This document shows positions 36,847 to 52,778 of a DNA stretch of 64,000 nt, piece by piece. Both the position numbers and the translations under genes were made by a program. How positions within the stretch are numbered: the first letter of the stretch is position 1; each line of letters begins with the position of its first letter. The notes below the pieces were generated by a model. The model searched no databases. It had not been told where the DNA came from and saw only the letters and a program-made list of their open reading frames with translations. The DNA comes from Lama glama. Taxonomy: Eukaryota. The stretch is from NCBI GenBank assembly GCA_028534125.1, contig CM052817.1, forward strand, positions 11,162,001 to 11,226,000, given 5' to 3'.

Positions 36847-37490
36847 GTAAGAATTCCCTCTTTGGAGACAATGTTCTTGCCTTCAGCAAGATTCCTCATT
36901 GCTCATTTGACACTTGATGTGTTTCATTCCCGCTTGTATCCTAATAGAACTTTTCCAGGGAATAAGATTTACGTAGTCAATCCATATACTCCTGGTTCTT
37001 TGTTCAGTTTATAAACTAAGATCTTATGTCATTCACAGTGAGCCACTTACAGTGAGCTTTTCACATCTGTACCAGAACAAAGACCAGTAGTGTATGCTGC
37101 TTTTGAAAACGCTAAGTTTTGTGCTTCCCCCTCTTAACGCATCCAAGTTCTCTCCCCAGAGATGCTTCTGATTGCTTTGTACTGTGTTTTAAATGTTCTG
37201 TTTTAAGTGGAAATCATGATGCTAATTGCTGAATCTCTGGATTGTCTTTCTTCAGAAGAATTTTTGTATTGCAGTTAGTTCTCTTATTCACCTGATGAAA
37301 GCACAGATTATCAGCTGTTTAATGTTGTTTAACACGTAGAGGTTGGGGTCAGTATTATTGAGGGAAGGATTAAAATCCCAGATTTTATCTATGAGAACGT
37401 GCTGTTTTGATATTCTGACTGTTCATTTATGAGGGAGATAAATGTGTCTAGTGTTTTTCTTTATTTAATATTTTGCTCTTTTTTTCTAAG

Positions 37491-37603
37491 GTGTTGATCA
37501 ATGTATCCAGAAATTTCTAGATATTGCAAGACAGACAGAATGTTTTTTCCTACAAAAAAGGTTGCAGTTATCTGTCCAGAAACCAGAGCAAGTTATCAAA
37601 GAG
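37491..37603 (+). CDS. MED28: MED28 exon 3
   Basis: ttctaag| (G)[37 protein letters not shown] |gtacga; 113 nt. Confidence 0.97.
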
Positions 37604-38903
37604 GTACGAGCTCCGTTTTCCCCCCAACTTTTAAGGAAGAGCAGATGTCAGAATCCCAGTCATGCTTCAGCTGAGAGGCTCCATTTGCCCACTAGGTGTA
37701 GCGGGGCTTTGTGGCTTGAGTGTGAGGTGGTGTTGCTTGTCCGTGTTCATGACAACCTGGGCAGGTAGTGGAGCTGGGTGGTAGGGGTGGAAAGCAGGGC
37801 TTCAAACGAGCAGCTGGCTGCCCTTGTTTCATACACTGGCTTTCATGGAAGATTTTTCTTTTAAACAAAAAAGGTTCTACTGCTTGAAAAGATGTGAAAA
37901 GCCATTGGATGTAGATGGTAAGCTCATTTTGGACAGGAACTGATCTGCATGTCCCTGGTGCTTTACACACAGGAAGGACTCTGGCAAATTTTGTTCAAGA
38001 AGTCAAAAAGTAAATATTCTGTCTCCGACTTCTTGAAACTCTGGATTTCATTTATCACAGTTGTTTGAAACCGGGGTATTTGGAAGTGTGTTGGGGTAGC
38101 CAGTAATGGCATTAGGGGGTTGGGCCAGGGCCTGCCCCTTGCAGTGTGGAAGACGGACGACTCTTCCTGCCCCAAAACTCCAGTGATGCCCCCAGTGAGA
38201 AACACTTAAGTTGGGATGATTGGGTTGTGTTTTGTTTTGTTTTGTTTTGTTTTTGCAGTTTTGAAGTAACTGTTCTCACAATCTGAGCAATTAGTCAAAA
38301 ATGTTCTTTTTATTCATTGATACCAGCTGTTGAGAAGGTGATGCTCTTACAGTTCACCATAGCAGATCATTTCCTGCTTTGAATACCTGAGTAATGATCT
38401 AGGTGTGTTCAAGGGAGGTCTTAATACAGAATTTTAATATTGGTGTTCATGAAAAAACTCATTAAAATGAGGTTTTAGCACTTCATAAACTGAAGTGCTT
38501 GAACAGTGGTTATAGAGTCTTTTAAACAGTTAACATGTGTTTCAGATTGTCAGTGTTTTAGATTCTCAGCAGTCACCTTTGGACAGAGATACTGGGGGTC
38601 TGGGGACCAGGATGGGAAAGAGACTGATTTCTTTTTGGCTACACTTGGGGACTTTGGAATTTTGTAACTTGTGTATGAATTATTAAAAGAAAGTGGATTA
38701 AAAATAAAAACTCAGTGTTAAGCAGCCACCTTTCATGGGAAGAATTGCTTTGGGTTATTCATATTATGCAGCCAAACAGTTAATGGGCTTGGTATGGTTT
38801 AGTTGAGTCTTTGTTTTGAATTTACTTCTTAATGCTCTTAACTAATCAGGAACTGTGTTCATTCTTCATGGGTTTTGTCTGACTTCATTGCTTTCATTTG
38901 TAG

Positions 38904-39101
38904 GATGTCTCAGAATTAAGGAACGAATTACAGCGGAAGGATGCTCTGGTCCAGAAGCACTTAACAAAACTGAGGCACTGGCAGCAGGTGCTGGAGGACA
39001 TCAATGTGCAGCACAAAAAGCCAGCCGAAATCCCTCAGGGATCCCTGGCCTACCTCGAGCAGGCGTCTGCAAACATCCCTGCACCAGTGAAGCAGACCTG
39101 A
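38904..39101 (+). CDS. MED28: MED28 exon 4 (terminal)
   Basis: ttgtag| [65 protein letters not shown] (TGA 39099-39101); the four exons total 537 nt = 178 aa + stop. Confidence 0.97.
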   Translation, partial: DVSELRNELQRKDALVQKHLTKLRHWQQVLEDINVQHKKPAEIPQGSLAYLEQASANIPAPVKQT

Positions 39102-40484
39102 GGAAAAGCCAGCCAGAGAGTGAGCTGGTGGATGAGTCAGCCCAGACACGGTTTGCCAGACATCAGTTCTTGTAGACATGACATCTGGGGAGAGCTCTGC
39201 CAGAGAATGGGGTGATTTCAGTTTTATGCTCCCACCTAAAATTTCCCCTGTTTTTATAAGCGTTATTTCTCAAGTACTTTATAAAATATGTGTTGCTTTG
39301 GTAAAACCAAGTATATTGTTTTGTCTTTAGCAAAGTTTAGGCTGTTAAAGTGATGCCACTTACATATTCCTTTTTATGTTAATTTACCCTTCAGTGGCAG
39401 TATATAAAAATACATAAATTTGCTGTTTCAATACTTTAAACTACCTCAAGAAGAGGAATCTAATGCAACAATGTTTGTAATGCTTCCAGAGCCTCAGAAT
39501 GAGGCTATTTTGTAGATAGGTTAGTGTAGTGTTACCATGCCACAGTGAGTGAGTGCTGTGGTAATCCAGTAGTACCCGTAGGTCGATGTTGACTTTTGTT
39601 CGGGCTAAGTTTATATTTGTGTAGTGTTTATTTACTTTGAGGGGAGGGGCGTGGTAGGAGCAGCGACATGCTTAATTGTGTACATTCTGTGGTAATGAGT
39701 CAATTTAAGGAACGGGGCAGACCCTGTTCTCAGTAGCATGACAGCTGGGGCACAAGTGAAGTATGAGGGTTAAAGCTGGCCGTGATCATCTCTTGAGTTT
39801 TGAGTTTTGCTTTGTGTTTTTAGAGCATAACTTTGCATTGAGGGAGGTTCTTGCTAATGAATGGTATCGATTCCAAGGGACTGGGGCCCTGGGGGTGGGA
39901 GGTGGGCTGCAGGGTGGCCTTGGGGACTTCCACGTAGAACATGTGGAGCCTCAGTGTTTGGGAAGATAGTTTACCCTCTTGTTGGTCATACAGGCCACCT
40001 CGGATTTTCTCTTGAACTGCTGTTGAAAAATACAGACCAGCATTGTGTCTGGCCCTCACTGGATGTTTACAATCTCTGCTGTTTCTCTGCTGTTTCTCTT
40101 TCTCTGCTGTTTACAATCTCTTATTAGATTACATCCCTTCACCCTGAACTAGAACTCCACTGTCTTCTGAACAGGCCGTAGTTCTGTGACTCGATGTCTT
40201 GGCTCCCTTTATTTTCTCCAGCTTTGGAGGCCCCTCCCCACACGCCTTGACATCCACTCGAGTTCCCATCTGGCCTGGACGTCACGGAGTCTGCAGCCTC
40301 CAAAGGCCTCTGCATTGCGTGCCCAGGGCGCAGGGCTTCTTGTCCTTTTACCAGCCTTGCTTGGCTCTCCCTCTGGGGCTAGTGATTGTATCTGCCTCTG
40401 GTCCTCTTGAGAAGTAGGCATTATTCCCATCTGAATATACGGGGGGGTTATTTATCTCTTATGCATGATACTTATCACTCATTT

Positions 40485-40505
40485 GTGTGTGTGTGTGTGT
40501 GTGTG
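40485..40505. repeat. (TG)n microsatellite; others at ~31177-31190 and 48359-48380
   Basis: Directly visible dinucleotide run. Confidence 0.9.
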
Positions 40506-41759
40506 CTATGGTACACAGCCTGAAGCCAACAAACCCCTTCATTCAGAATGTTACAGTTTAAACAAAGCTTTTAAAAGTTGTTTTTAATCACATTAATATT
40601 TGAAAGTTGTTAATTTGGTCATCTCATGCCAATCAGAAGCTCTGATTGGCAGCTTTGGGTTTCTTGATTCAAAACCTAAACTAAACTGAGTTTTAGGCAT
40701 CCTTTCAATAGTGAAGAGGTTCTTGATAAAAAGTTGGGGAACTGTTCTATTTGATGCTTAGTAAAAATATTTTGAACTAATGTATGTACCAGTTACTGCT
40801 ATTTACTTATAAATTCAAGAGTTTTCTATCAAGTAAATAACTATTTCAATCCTGTCTATAAATATCTTTTTCCTTTTTAGTGCCATCTTGCTGGTTGGTG
40901 AACATAGAAAACCCTCTGGGCTGCTGTCTCCTTCAAGGAGAAAATAAACTAGCCATCAGCTGGGACTGCCCTTGCCTTCCCTCTGGGAGTGACACACCCC
41001 ACATCTGCAGGGCATCTTACTTCCCCTTCCTGTTCCATCTGCTGAAGTGCTTACTCTGTATAAGGCCAACCTTCCTGCAAGTGACCTGGGTCTAGGCCAG
41101 TTGCCTTCTCTAGGGCTTAACCCCCTGGGGATCTTTGCTCCCCGCGTCACAGTCTGCAGGTCACTCCCTACAGTCGACAAGCATTCTTGACCCCTGGTTT
41201 TCAGCGTTTCCTGCGATGTTCCCGGCCCCTCATTCACAGTCTCCGGCTCCCCTGCTCCCCTCCCCTCCCCCTCCAGGCTTGTGATGTGTGACTCCACGGC
41301 TACGACTGCTTGTGACAGTTACAGCCCCTTTGCTGTGACACTTCATCATCTTTATTGGAACTCATTCTCTTTAACACATCTTCCCTTTTCTCCTTCCTCT
41401 TCTGCCCAACCTCCAAATGTTGACATTCCTGAGGGCTTGGTCCGGGGTTTCTGGAGGCCATGACAAGACCCCTGCTTGGTTCTCCCTTGGAGAGAGACAC
41501 CGCGGGGAGCGCATTTACCCAAAGCTCCTGCCTTGGGGGATCCGCCGCAGCGTTCTCACGGAGGCCGTGCTCTCCCTGGGTGTGACCCAGCACAGTCTTC
41601 CCAAATCTTCCTCGGCCCTCTTCACAGGTGTCAACTGTGCATCCAAGTCTGAAGGCTCTTCCTCCTCTGCTTCCTCCCTTTATTCCGAACAGGTGTTTCC
41701 CCTGAGAAGGGGGCAACCTGTCCTTGACATTGGACGCTGACCTGGTGCTGCTGTGGCAT

Positions 41760-43030
41760 GTTACTTTGAATAACCATAAAGTGTCTCGGGATACCAACCT
41801 CATAGGCAAAGTTGCTCCAAGACCATGATAAAGGGAGAGAAAACAAAACCACTTCACAATTTTGTTTAAGCACAGGAAAAAAACAAGGTCACTCTGCCAC
41901 CTCCAGACATCAGACATCCTCCTGGCTAAAATGAGTGACTGACCCCTCCCCCTTTCTTTCCTTTTTAAATGACCATTTACAGCTTTATGTCTGGTCTGCC
42001 CTCCCTACAGATAAGACTTAAGAAACCCAGTCATAGAATTGCTTCTGCTCTCTGACAGCATCTGATCTAGCATGACTCTCCCTTCTTTACACTCTGCTTG
42101 AGATCACCTGATCCATGCCGAAATCGTACAGTAGGTTCTAACACCCTCTTCCCGAGGAGCCCCACCATGCTTGATAATGAACACTCTCCCCTTCTCTCTC
42201 CAGCAAGTAATAAACCCAACTTGTTTAACTCCAGGGGGGTTTCTGGTGCTTTCTGCATCTCTAACTTGGGGTGTGCCTCCTGGAGGACCCTACACGCTGC
42301 TATGGACGTGGTCTGAGACCAGGCAGTGAGATGGGGTTTGGAGACTGGCTCGCTCACTCTCCAGCTGGCAAGTAGGACCCATCCGAGTGGTATGTGAGAG
42401 AGTCATCAACACAAGGAGATGGTCCAGTTACTGAAGAGTACACCAGTGGTGCCCTGGAAAAGTGTCCCCGTGAAAGGGACTTTGTCAGCGCATGGCTTCA
42501 AACACTTGGAAGGTAAGGGGGAGTATTGCGTACAAGATGGCTGGTTATCACTGCCCTGTCTTGACTCAGCAGAGGGACAAAATAACTGTTTAATGGCAAA
42601 GGCTGCTGTGAGTGCCTAGGGCATCGCTGGTTTTCTCCTGCAGGTGGAGAACAGATAGCTGAGGAGCCGGAGGTAGCAGATCAAAGCCAGTACTGCATTC
42701 TGGGGATGGTGGTGAAGATGGTTGCTACCCTTGGAAGTCTAAAGGACGCTAGGAAGGCATCCCTGTCATAGCCCCACTTAATTTCCCAGCCTGGCCCTTG
42801 CAGAACCCAGGCAGGTGCTGGAGAGTGAGTATATACCAAGTAGCCTTGATCACAACCGTGGTGTTGGATGCGGTACTGACATTGGAGCAGTCAGAAAGGG
42901 CTCAGGTGTGTGGTGTGCAGCCTTGTGGGCAAATTCATTCTCTTCTACCCCAATTAAGAAACAATTTGCAGCAGTGTTCCTTTCCAGTTTTGCTCCAGGA
43001 ATATGTTAACTCTTCCTCCCTCTGTCAATT
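41760..43030 (+). mobile_element. LTR plus ERVL-like internal relic with RT motif
   Basis: LTR with aataaacccaacttg (~42208); at 42770-43030 it reads PLNFPAWPLQNPGRCWR ... VLLQEYVNSSSLC, resembling ERVL RT (SPFNSPIWPVQK..WR ... VLPQGYINSPALC). Confidence 0.7.
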
Positions 43031-45053
43031 TAATAGACACCCTGAATAGATTTATCGTCAAATCCTATTGTTTCTCCCTCCTAAATCCTGAATCAGTTCA
43101 CATCTCTTCATCTGTACTGCTACCTCTAAGCCATCCCCGTCATCTCTAGACCACTCTGCTCTTGAGAGATTGACGGAATCAGATTGCAAAAGAAAACAAG
43201 AATATTTTATCAAGTTAAGTTTCCTTGTCAATATTACCTACGGTGCAGAGAAGTCGAATTTCATGCACTGCTGGTGAAGGTGTAAATTGCTAGGATCTTT
43301 CTGGTGATTTGGCGGTATCACACAGAAGACCTAGGCATGTATCCTTTGATGCTTTACTTCAGTACTCAAGGAGTATGTCCTAAAGACAAAGTGGTAGAAG
43401 CATGCCAGGTTTAGTTAGCAAAGATACAATTATTTGGGTATAATCTGGAAATTTAACATCTCTCACCTGCAGCAAGAAAGAAGTCAAAACAGATGTGGGT
43501 CTCAACAAAATTCTATCCCTGCAGCAGGCATTACGCTGACTTAAAGGACAGCAGTATAAAGTGCAGCCTGCTTTGTTAGTCATCAGGAGTTGCACAGTGA
43601 TGGGAAATATTTCAATAAACAAAAACAGAACTGCCTATTTAAAACACAAAACACAGACATAATCTTACATTGTTCACCCTAAGCAGGAAACAAAAGACAC
43701 CTAAAAAAAGATACTTGATACTGGAAAAGAACATGGCATGTAACACGGATAGTAACAAGGATTTGCATTTTAAAAATTATTGGACCATGAGTTTTGATTG
43801 GGTAGTAAATTTGCCTTTAAATTGGGAGTTTGAGTTGTAGTTGCATTTCTCTCAAAATGGCATAGTGCGTGAGCAGCTATGTTTTATTGAAGATGATCTG
43901 ACTGAGGTTCATGTGAACTTCCTATTTCCAAGTTCAGTCTTCATCTGATTTCACCCTTCTTTAGAAAATCAATACAAGTCACAACCATTTTTATTGCCCA
44001 GTTGTTTAAAGTTTTATTCAAAGAGCAAAGATTTGACAGTGCATAGGATAAATAGTTGTTTATGGGCCACCTGCTGGGCCAGCACCAAAGAATTAACATA
44101 TTTTTCTCACTAGAAGTTGTATTGAGTCTTGTCAAATCACACTGCTCTGTCAGAGGGTCAGACGGCTCAGTGTGGACTGCAGCGAGGTCACGCCCAGTTC
44201 TCTTTGACCTGCTGAGCACCCATGCAGTGGGGAAGTCACGCACCAGGGGGCAAGACTAGAGATTCAGTAGAGCTTTGACTTCAAAGAACAGATAATCTAG
44301 AATCCTTCGCAAATGACCAAGTCGATGCTACAGTCTTTGAAACGGAGATGTATGACAGGGCAAAGCTCGGTTATTCACAGAAAAATCCTGGCAAAGCTTA
44401 ATTTCAATTCACGATTGGTAGCGTCACCCATATTATTTTACTTTGCTTCAGAAAGCCCCCTTTGAGGTAGGTGTTATGCCCTCTGTAATCTACTTGTCCT
44501 GGACCTAGGAAAACAAAACACTTGATTCAGGTATGCCAGGGTCTGCTACAGTCCATTCTCAGTAGTTTCTTTGTTTGGTTTTTTTTAAATTGGCTTTCCT
44601 GGTTATTTTTGACCTTTGTTTTATTCCTCTGCCTATTGAGGTTAGATGTACACTTTGGAATTGTATCATTTCCATAGGAGCACTTTTCAAGTGAAGATGC
44701 CCAGCATCCTAGGAAAAATGAATCACTTTAAAAGTAGACCCTGGATATCACAGAGTCTGCTGTTCCACAAGGCGGAGTGCAATCTATGGACACTGGATAT
44801 ATTACATGTAGGTCATCAGTAACGTTAACAGCGTTTTCCTGTGGGAGCTGATCTGGTAACACTGGCTTGTTTAACTTAATGTCGCAATGAAACAGTATGA
44901 AATGTTAATGCAAGAATTTGTTCTAGCCATACATGTAAATCATACACAAGCAAGTTATTTGGTTGACTGGTTTTCTGGTTCATTCCCTCATTCAGATGTT
45001 TCAAAAGAAATGTTTTTCAAATGTCCTCTTTGTGATGTATCCCAAGGATCAGT

Positions 45054-45245
<192 letters not shown>

Positions 45246-46448
45246 CTATTTCTTTACTCTTCAAAAGATACTAGAATGTGGTGGGCCGAAGGCCAAGGTT
45301 CGTAGCTAGAAACAAGCTGTGAAGGAGTGGGGTGGGGGTGGGGGGGCAGCATCTGTTTTGAAAACAGGGTTCTCCATCGTGTCACTTAACACTAATGAGG
45401 CATATTTTGCAACATTCGCTATTTAAAACAATGTGAAGACAGCCTTAAACAGAGGTGTCCGAGAATGAGATGGACCCATGGCCAGGGTCAGGCACCGGCT
45501 CTGGCAGTTCACAGACTGCTTGGGGCTTCCAGGCTCCCGTGTCCTCAGCTGTGAAACACAGGGCTGGACCTCGTCAACGACTGACAGGGGGTCCTTCCAG
45601 CTCAACACTCGTATTTGTCCAAATAGCCTTGGGCAGGCCCATGTTCCTTGGAAAAGGAACACTTCAGAAGGAGCCCTTTCTGAAATGCAAATTTCAAAGC
45701 CCAGAATTAAAGGTTATGCTCTGACTGGAAGGCTAAATAGGAAGAATTAATAAAGGGGGAAAAGCACACATTTCTGGAAAGGAAGCATGCTACAAGGGTT
45801 TCTGGGAATATAAGGCAGTATCAGAGATCTCATGAGCAACCAAACCCACAGATTAAGAGGCCTTAAAATTGCAGGAGTATACACCGTGTCTTGAGAAATA
45901 ACCCTAACAGTGGAAATACATTGAACGCTTCTGTGTCAGGTCTTGTGCTAAGCATGTCCTATGGATTAATTCCTTTAATGTCACATCAGTCTGATGAGGT
46001 AGCTGCTGTATTTTCATTTTAGAGGTGAGGAGACAGACTTAGAGAGGTCAAGTGAGCTGCCCAAAGCCATACAGCTAAGAAGGAGGAGGACCAGAATTTG
46101 AATCTAGACTCAAGGCCAGATGATGAGAGTCCACTTCAACGTGACCCACCCTGAGGTGGTCAGCTAAGTAGTGATTCAGAGTCCCCTATCTAATCATCCA
46201 TTAACAACAACAACAAAAAAGGCTTTCTGGAATTTGGTATCAGGAATAGTAAGTACCTTTTCTAAAGAATGACCTATTTCCCATCTCTTACATAGTCCTC
46301 CTCTTTGGCTGGATTGTAATTTGTCCAAGGCAGGGCTTGTTTTGTTACTCTTCTATCTGCCCCACGTGCTGGGCATTTAACAGGTGCCGGAAAGGAACTC
46401 TGGTTTCCTCCTGTCTGTGGAAAAATGGAACCACAGCTTTGGCCCCTA

Positions 46449-46736
<288 letters not shown>

Positions 46737-47480
46737 CTATATGAGCAAGGAAGCAGTACTTTCATTTATATGCGTACATGTCATTTTTGAAAGCATCTTC
46801 TCCTCCAGTCTACTTTGTGTTTTAAAAAACACATAGGTTCACAACCTCTTATCCAAAACTTCTGAAGACAAATGTGTTTTAATTTAAACTCTTGTCTTAG
46901 ATTTGAAAAGGTCATATAACACACCCTGCAGAAGCTGGGCCCACCTTGTCCTCAAACACATTAATGCTTCTGGAGTGAAACTTGCATTCGGTCACACTAA
47001 GAGGGAGATATAAAAGTTATAAATGAACTCACATGAATTCAGCTTGGGGTTATAGTCTTATGAGTTATTTAAAAAATACACATCTTTTTTAGCACTTTTA
47101 GGATTCTGTGATAGCAGATGAGAGATCTGGATGTGAATTTTCTCACTGTAATAAATTCCAAAAATATAAAAGGAAAAGAAGTGAAGGATTCCTGCTCTTC
47201 CCTCTCCTTCCTATCACCAGTTATAGCCATTATTAATAGTGACACATTTATTTATTAAAACGTTGGAAAATACAAAAACTCCATAAAACTTAAAAATACA
47301 CACAATCTGCCTAGACAGATATAAATGCTGTTTGTTAATAATTTGGACTACTTCCTGTGGGTCTTACTTTCAATGAGTATTCCTCTAAATGTATGCCAGC
47401 CTGTTGATAAATAAGCTGCCATTGCCTTCGGGAAAAACGAAACCAGCAGAACTGTGTAATGCCTTGCAACCTTTGAACTA

Positions 47481-47615
<135 letters not shown>

Positions 47616-47985
47616 TCAATGAGCCTGACTGCACAGCACTGGGTTTGACCTGAAGGAAGACGGCTGCGTGAGGGTGGAACACAGAGCACAGGAAAGCCCG
47701 AGGGAGGGAGGGGAAGCCAGCGGGAATCAAGCTGCCACCCACTGAAGCTGTGAGGAAGCAGCTTTATTTCTGGGGCCTTGTGTCCCCAGTGCCTCTTGTA
47801 AAGCAAAGGGCAGGCTTGTTTGGAATGCCTTAGGGAATTCAGAGATGCAGGTCGTCTTGGGATCTGACAAGAGTCTACTGCAGAAAGTCATTAGTTAAGG
47901 CAAAGAAGGAAAGCAGCCAGGTATAGTCTGTATGTGGCCAGTCTCGTGTTTGCATGCCATTCTCCACTTTTTTCTTTCCTGCTGT

Positions 47986-48113
47986 ATTTTTTGGGGGGGT
48001 TGGGGGAGGTAATTAGGTTTATTTATTTATTTTTAGAGGAGGTACTAGGGGTTGAACCCAGGACCTCATGCATGCTAAGCACGGGCTCTACCACTTGAGC
48101 AACCCCCTCCCCC
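47986..48113 (-). mobile_element. tRNA-derived SINE, camelid Vic-1-like
   Basis: Reverse complement GGGGAGGGGGTTGCTCAAGTGGTAGAGCCCGTGCTTAGCATGCATGAGGTCCTGGGTTCAACCCC plus AAATAAATAAA tail. Confidence 0.8.
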
Positions 48114-49067
48114 ATATTGTTTTATAGCAAATTCCAGTCATTGTGTAACATGTGTAAAAACATTGGTAAGTATTTCTAAGAGATAAGGACTCTTTTTAAA
48201 AAAAAATAACTACAACACCTTTGTTATACTTAGCAAACAAGCAATTCCTTATTAGTATTATCTAATTTTCAGTTAGTGGTTGAGTTTTCCTGATCATCTT
48301 GACATGAAACAGCATGACAGGAGCAGGAGGGTGGGAGGACAGACGTGAGACGTATATATGTGTGTGTGTGTGTGTGTGTGTTGTGGGAGCATGTGAAGCT
48401 GTGCAAACCACTGTAAGACCATGGATTTTATTCTGAGAAAGATGGGAAGCCACAGGAGGTGCTGAACAGAGCCGTGCTGTGACCTGACTTACAGTTTTGT
48501 AAGAGCACTTTGGTTGCTGTGAGGTGAGCATGGTCGGGTAAGGGTGGAGTGAGTGGGGAGACCAACAGACTCTCCATGATGCACCTGAGAGGCAGTGGGA
48601 CTTGGACCAACATGGAGATGAAGGTAGAGATGAAGGTACAGAGTGAAGGCAGAGATGGCGGGAAGTGGCTGGACTAGCTGTCCTGCCGTGGGCCACAGGG
48701 ACAGGAGTGAGTCTATCACCCGGTGTCCCCAGAGCTGAATGTAAGCCACTGGGAGCTGGCTTACAAAGAACTCTCAGCCAAAGCATGAAGCACAGGGAGG
48801 CCGGACCAGAGCCTCAAACAGCGGTCGAAGTGTGCGGAGACACGGGGGTGAGGTGCGAGCCAGTCTTGATTTCCCCAAGTTCTGTTGGTTAAAAAAACCA
48901 AACCAATATCAACATCAGGGGCTTAGGAGTAGAGTGATTTTTTTTTCCTTCTATTTTCCTGTTTTAATTTTGTTAGTGAATATATTTTTTTTCATGTAAT
49001 AGAAAACAACAAAGGATGTTTTGTAAGGGGGCTTTACGGTTATCAGAATGCAAGTCCCAGGCACTCA

Positions 49068-49229
<162 letters not shown>

Positions 49230-51073
49230 TCAAGCAGGCGTGTAGTTAGGCCCCAGGCCGCAATTATTGAACCGCGAGGAGGGAGAAGACGAGGATGCTG
49301 CTGTGCGCTTGGCCCCGCCACCCACTCTGTTCACGAGCGTGCAAACGGAGGCCCAGAGAGCTTGTCCAGGGCTACCCGGTGAGATGGTTTCAGAGCTCCA
49401 ACTGGAGCCCAGGACCCCACCTCCCAGTCTGCTTTTGTCAGTTCCCCTAGGGCTGCAGGGCCCAGGTGTGCACACAAATGCCCCATTCAGTGGGGCTTCA
49501 AGAACCAGGGAGGTTTGGGAGAAGAAGCCAATGCGGGAAACTAAATTTCCCCACACCCACCAAGGCCAGCAGGTTATGTTAATAAAGATGTGGCTCCCAC
49601 GCCATCTGCTGGCGGCCAGAGAGCATGGCATGAGCTTATTCTGCAGAGCAGAGGGGCAGTGGTACCCACCACAGCCCTTACAGCAACGTGAAGCTGGAGA
49701 GAAATAACTCTCCAGTCAGTGGGTCAGTGCGGGAGAGAGAGGGCGAGGGCTGCGGGTGATTACTGACTGTAGTTGGTGAGATGAATTGGGCTCTAATCCC
49801 AGTTCTGCTTTTTTCTAGCTGAGTAAATTTGGGCATAGCATTTTGCCCATGAGCGCCTCAGCTCGTCCTTTAAAATGAGTGTGATACTGGGTGCTATGAG
49901 GACTCAGTGAGATAATGCATTTCTGGCACCTGGTAAGTACCCATTAGATGGCAGCTGGTAAACCTTCCACCCTGTATTTTGCATGATTTGCTCTGTACTA
50001 GAGACAGTGGGACAGTTCTTAAGAGCACAAGTTAAGGGTCAGACAGGTGACATTTAAATTTACTTAGTGCTGCTTGACCTAGTCTCCCTGTCACTGACCC
50101 TGATCTCCCAGTCTCTTCTCCTCTCAGCAGCCAGAAGTGACCCTGTTAGAAGGTAAATTAGACCACGTCACTCGTGCTCAAAGCCTTGTACACCCAAACA
50201 TCTTCCTGTTCAGTGCAGCATTCTCTTCATCCCTCCCAGCTACCCCACCAACCCCAATTCCTACCACTCACTCTCGCACTCAATCCACTTCAGCCTTGTG
50301 GCTGTTTGGTCTCGTGAAGCAGGCCCCAGGGCCTTTGCACTTGCTGTTCTGGCTGCTTGGAATGCTCTTACTCCAGATGGTTCCCTTCACTTCTCACCTC
50401 TTCATGCTCAAATGTCACCTACTTGCCCACCCTTGGCTCTCTCTAGACACTGGTCCTGCTTTCCTTGTAGCACTTTCACTGCCTGATATGCAGTTAAATA
50501 TTTGTTTGCTGGTTTGTCAGAATCCCCACCTAGAATTTGTGAGCACTATGAGAGCACAGTCTTTGTTTTATTCCCGATTGTAACCCCAGAGTCTAAAACA
50601 GTGCAAGGAACACAGTAGGTCCTTAATAAATATTTGTTGAATGAATAAATGAATGCATGCAAAAATGAATGAGGGGCCCTTGATTTCTTTATCTATCCAT
50701 GGGAATAACTGTTTTCTCCCTGAAGAACCACTGTGAAGATTAAATGAGATGATGCATATCAGAAGAGGAAAATGCTCATTAAAAAAAAAAGCCTCAATCC
50801 TTCTAATTTCTTCCAAGTGTGAGGGTCAAACCGAACCCATGAGTCAGTGCTCATTTCTCAGATTCCCATTGCCCTGCACGAGAGGGAAATGTGGTCTCAT
50901 AAAAGGACAGGTGATCAACCATTCCAGTTTGCCTGGGACTGAGGCGCTCTCCAGAGCTCAGGACTTTTTGTTTTAAAACTGGGAGAGTCCTGGGGACAGT
51001 GAGATGAGTTGGTCTCCCTAATAAAAGGGTACGGCCACTAGTCCCTCCCACCCTGGCGCCAAGGCCTCACTTA

Positions 51074-51370
<297 letters not shown>

Positions 51371-52466
51371 TCAGGACACCATGGGAGGAGACCTGGGGTC
51401 CCTGAGTTGTGGGGTCCAGGATAAACCCAGCTTGTGGGACCCCATCTCAGCACCTCCCACCCCAGCATTCCTTGAAGCATGGAGGGCAGCCTGCAGGGGG
51501 AGAGGGTGGGGGACAGCTCTGGAGGGGAGTCCCAGAAAACACTCCCTTTACTTGGGGCAGGTGGGGGCACCCAGAGGCTGAGATTCTGTATCAGAATTAC
51601 CAAACGCTGGGACTCTGAGACCTGGGGGATCAGCAGTCCAGGGTGAAAAAGCAGGGTGGGAGAGGGGTTAGGAGAACAGCATCCAGAGCCAGGCTTCCTG
51701 CAGCCTCCTCCATCACCTCCTAGCTGTGTGACCTCAGGCGAGCTACACTCTGCTCAGTGTCTCCACCTGACAACAGTGGCTACCTTGTAGGGTTAGTGCA
51801 AGGATAAATCAGGTTAATCCATGTCCAGAACAGCCCATGGCACAAAGCACATGTTCAACCATCAGCTATCATTTTTCTTAACCTTGGAGTGGGTCACAGA
51901 CCAGCCTGGATAAGCTAGTGATAGTGACCACCACAATTTACCAAGTGCCAGGGTCAAAGCGTTTGTGTAAGTTTCACTGCATTCTGCAACATCCCTGAGA
52001 GGATCTGCTGCCTTCTCCATTTGACAGGTAAGGGCATAGTCTGAGAGAGGGTAGGGGACTCCCCCAAGTCACACAGCTAGTTAAGAGCACACAGCACTAT
52101 CTTGAGGTCTTCCACTGCTCTGTCTCCCTAAGGTTGGTTTTGAGGCTACTTTTCGCATCGTTAGGGTGGATTCCATAAATTCCCTGTAGGGAAATAGGAT
52201 AAACCCCTCCTCTCTATTTCAGGGCAAATTCCCTGTGGCTTTGCGATCTAGAATTCCTAGACCACTGATACTTTCCTTGGGTCAAAGAAGTGACATCAGT
52301 GAGGTGCTGGCATATGAGGGAGTCTTTTCTTTGGGAAGATGCGGAGGATGCGACCCAATCTCAGATCCCAGAGGCTCACCAAGGAGCAATGGAGGGAGTG
52401 GGGGAGGCGGGAAGGGAAGGAGGGAAGGAAGGAGGGAGGCAGGGGAGCTCTGGGGCCCCAGGCCTA

Positions 52467-52778
<312 letters not shown>

